Shown: one piece after another, positions 63,501 to 64,000 of the stretch | Layout of the letters: the number at the start of each line of letters is the position of its first letter | Numbering within the stretch: position 1 is the stretch's first letter | Assembly (NCBI GenBank): GCA_905178155.1 | Contig: CAJINV010000022.1 | Location: forward strand, 798,836 to 862,835 | Direction of reading: 5' to 3' | Source of the DNA: Amoebophrya sp. A120 | Lineage: Eukaryota > Protista > Dinoflagellata | DNA length: 64,000 nucleotides | Made by a program: the position numbers and the translations under genes | The notes under the pieces: generated by a model | Seen by the model: only the letters and a program-made list of their open reading frames with translations | Told to the model about the DNA's origin: nothing | The model's database searches: none

Positions 63501-63577
63501 AGGAGCAAAACGTTGGCAATTCGTCGTCGTCCACAGTATCCATTGCAACCCTGCCGCGGTCGCGGGAAGGATGGTGA
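21514..63577 (+). CDS. Hypothetical ~942-aa protein with signal-peptide-like N-terminus; 20 exons, all 19 introns are introners
   Basis: Exons 21514-21676, 21894-21966, 22293-22366, 22636-22670, 23722-23826, 24087-24119, 24334-24450, 24725-24771, 24922-24932, 25227-25399, 25719-25799, 59543-59864, 60196-60246, 60573-60613, 60768-60985, 61300-61435, 61771-61979, 62193-62229, 62398-62433, 62711-63577 sum to 2829 nt. They give one stop-free frame: MAAFFWSCSFSVVLVTFATA...ARENEKR|SLLGIEDAL...LPRSREGW*. Confidence 0.85.
21677..21888. mobile_element. Introner family F
   Basis: DR TTTCC/TTTCC; homologous to 61980-62187. Confidence 0.9.
21967..22287. mobile_element. Introner family B
   Basis: DR GAACA/AAACA. 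Confidence 0.9.
22367..22630. mobile_element. Introner family A
   Basis: DR TTCCG/TTCCG. Confidence 0.9.
22671..23716. mobile_element. Introner family D carrying a nested ~0.9-kb insertion (22795-23688)
   Basis: Outer DR GACTG/GACTG. The insert is flanked by TACTA/TACTA, and the remaining sequence is collinear with 24772-24916. Confidence 0.85.
23827..24081. mobile_element. Introner family A
   Basis: DR ACGTG/AAGCG (decayed); similar to 8326-8581. Confidence 0.85.
24120..24328. mobile_element. Introner, singleton family H
   Basis: GAAAAAAACTGTGTAAGTGTAA / TTACACTTACACACTTTTTTTC TIR, DR TGACA/TGACA. Confidence 0.9.
24451..24719. mobile_element. Introner family A
   Basis: DR AGTGC/AGTGC. 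Confidence 0.9.
24772..24916. mobile_element. Introner family D
   Basis: DR GGGAT/GGGAT. Confidence 0.9.
24933..25221. mobile_element. Introner family C
   Basis: DR GGTGC/GGTGC; interior similar to 7886-8171. Confidence 0.85.
25400..25713. mobile_element. Introner family B
   Basis: DR GTGAT/GTGAT; similar to 60247-60567. Confidence 0.9.
26981..28876 (-). CDS. Multi-exon cargo gene; possible HhH-fold aGPT-Pplase1 / amino-acid:DNA-transferase-like protein
   Basis: Successive minus-strand coding segments with GT-AG junctions. Motifs FLFWLEE, VCGPFSGMKL, VSFGRGPKRTLNMAYG and FTCEFARW, then an acidic tail. Family call is by remote motif resemblance only. Confidence 0.45.
31562..37231 (-). CDS. 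Long multi-exon cargo gene (or genes) of unknown function
   Basis: Chain of protein-like minus-strand ORFs (36932-37231, 35857-36510, 35816-36151, 35415-35711, 34962-35375, 34421-34828, 33818-34315, 32240-32596) separated by short intron-like gaps. It ends in a Gly/Ser-rich exon with a stop at 31562-31564. Exact splicing not resolved. Confidence 0.6.
39341..39904 (-). CDS. Possible exons of a cargo gene (may join the 31.5-37.2 kb gene)
   Basis: ATG ORF MSSTGGGLSWKAVQAKLNPEFG... and the downstream segment RCKVVFKQWHSQGLSEKQLVETARR..., with GTAA donor-like sites. Confidence 0.35.
41801..41892. repeat. ~90-bp imperfect palindrome
   Basis: TTGAAAAATCGAAACACGCTCTAAATCCGGACAATTGACC ... GGCCAATTGTCCGGATTCAGGTCGTGTTTTGATTTCAA. 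Confidence 0.8.
42423..43142. repeat. Cluster of AAAAAGTATCAC motifs in both orientations, ~80-bp spacing
   Basis: GTGATACTTTTT at ~42424 and ~42516; CAAAAAGTATCACA at ~42941, ~43020 and ~43101. Confidence 0.75.
44021..52396 (-). CDS. Large multi-exon candidate DDE transposase (hAT-like motif order)
   Basis: In 5'-3' order on the minus strand: LRVEFDAT (D at 50930-50932), FNLMSDSG (D at 50504-50506), CCGFH (~50283-50297, needs an intron), SPPSDTRWWS (~48532-48561) and WPSCKNEMHH (E at 47009-47011), then a ~1000-aa terminal ORF. Confidence 0.55.
53351..57082 (-). CDS. Probable multi-exon low-complexity/coiled-coil cargo gene
   Basis: Adjacent long ORFs 56366-57082, 54385-56277 (Cys cluster CLCAGPFYCHCSWAGC) and 53351-54283 (E/K/Q/A-rich helical region). 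Confidence 0.45.
59865..60190. mobile_element. Introner family B
   Basis: DR GGTCG/GGTCG. Confidence 0.9.
60247..60567. mobile_element. Introner family B
   Basis: TAC...ATA, DR CAGCG/CAGCG. Confidence 0.9.
60614..60762. mobile_element. Introner family D
   Basis: DR GGCCC/AGCCC. Confidence 0.9.
60986..61294. mobile_element. Introner, family B-like variant
   Basis: TATTACA...TGTAATA, DR AAAGA/AAAGA. Confidence 0.9.
61436..61765. mobile_element. Introner family B (inverted orientation)
   Basis: DR CTAGC/CCAGC. Confidence 0.9.
61980..62187. mobile_element. Introner family F
   Basis: Homologous to 21677-21888. DR decayed (GACCA/CAAGA), frame restored. Confidence 0.8.
62230..62392. mobile_element. 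Introner family D (inverted, right end mutated)
   Basis: TATGAACTGCAAAAGTATCG...TTTTGCACAGGACC, DR CCGAT/CCAAT. Confidence 0.8.
62434..62705. mobile_element. Introner family A
   Basis: DR GTGAC/GTGAC. Confidence 0.9.
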
Positions 63578-63786
63578 AAACCTGTAGTCATGCTGGGCTG
63601 ACAGAAAATGATGATGATGAAAACGGTCTGTGTATACGGGGCATCAAGAACTAGAACAATAAGTCGTTTGCCATTACCGTCGCTGAGTTTTTGAAAAGTA
63701 GGTTTTATTCTGCAAGCGAACACGACATCGGAGTTTTTACGGATGTGCGTGAAGGCTTCAAAGGTCACGAAATTTCCCTCGCGAAA

Positions 63787-64000
63787 CTGCATTTGCAGTC
63801 CGACGCGTCGGACTGCAAATGCAGCATGAGCCCAAGACTTTGTTCGCTGTGGCCACAGCGAAGAAATTTCCCGGGTGGACCTGCATTTGCAGTCCGACGC
63901 GTCGGACTGCAAATGCAACCTCTTCCCCAGATTTTGTTCGCTGTGGCCACAGGGAACAAATTTTCCTGGTAGACCAACATTTGCAGTCCGACGCGTCGGA
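63787..64000. repeat. ~94-bp tandem array built around a perfect 36-38-bp palindrome; runs off the window
   Basis: TGCATTTGCAGTCCGACGCGTCGGACTGCAAATGCA at 63788 and 63882, with a third partial copy from ~63978. Confidence 0.9.

Noticed and set aside
63145-63918. 257-aa minus-strand ORF
   Set aside because: It is antisense to the terminal exon of the rebuilt gene and starts within the palindrome array.

Overview
Eukaryotic nuclear DNA, most likely from a syndinian dinoflagellate such as Amoebophrya. This is inferred from a DVNP chromatin-protein gene plus dense inverted-repeat non-canonical introns. I traced 34 short elements (mostly ~145-330 bp) from about 8 families. Nearly all begin TAT and end ATA, have terminal inverted repeats (TIRs) and are flanked by a 5-bp direct repeat (DR). 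Removing each element plus one DR copy rebuilds two stop-free genes that the ORF track does not show: 5721-10651 (~350 aa) and 21514-63577 (~942 aa). The elements therefore behave as introners. One introner (25800-59537) is split by a 33,480-bp element (25913-59392) with 25-bp TIRs and a 5-bp TSD (TTGCC). That element carries several antisense multi-exon genes, including a candidate hAT-like DDE transposase and a possible HhH-fold DNA-base-modification enzyme. The window also holds a disrupted GIY-YIG nuclease gene split by a 3.2-kb TIR element, a repeat-rich foldback-like element and a palindrome array. All reconstructions were done by eye; no searches were run.
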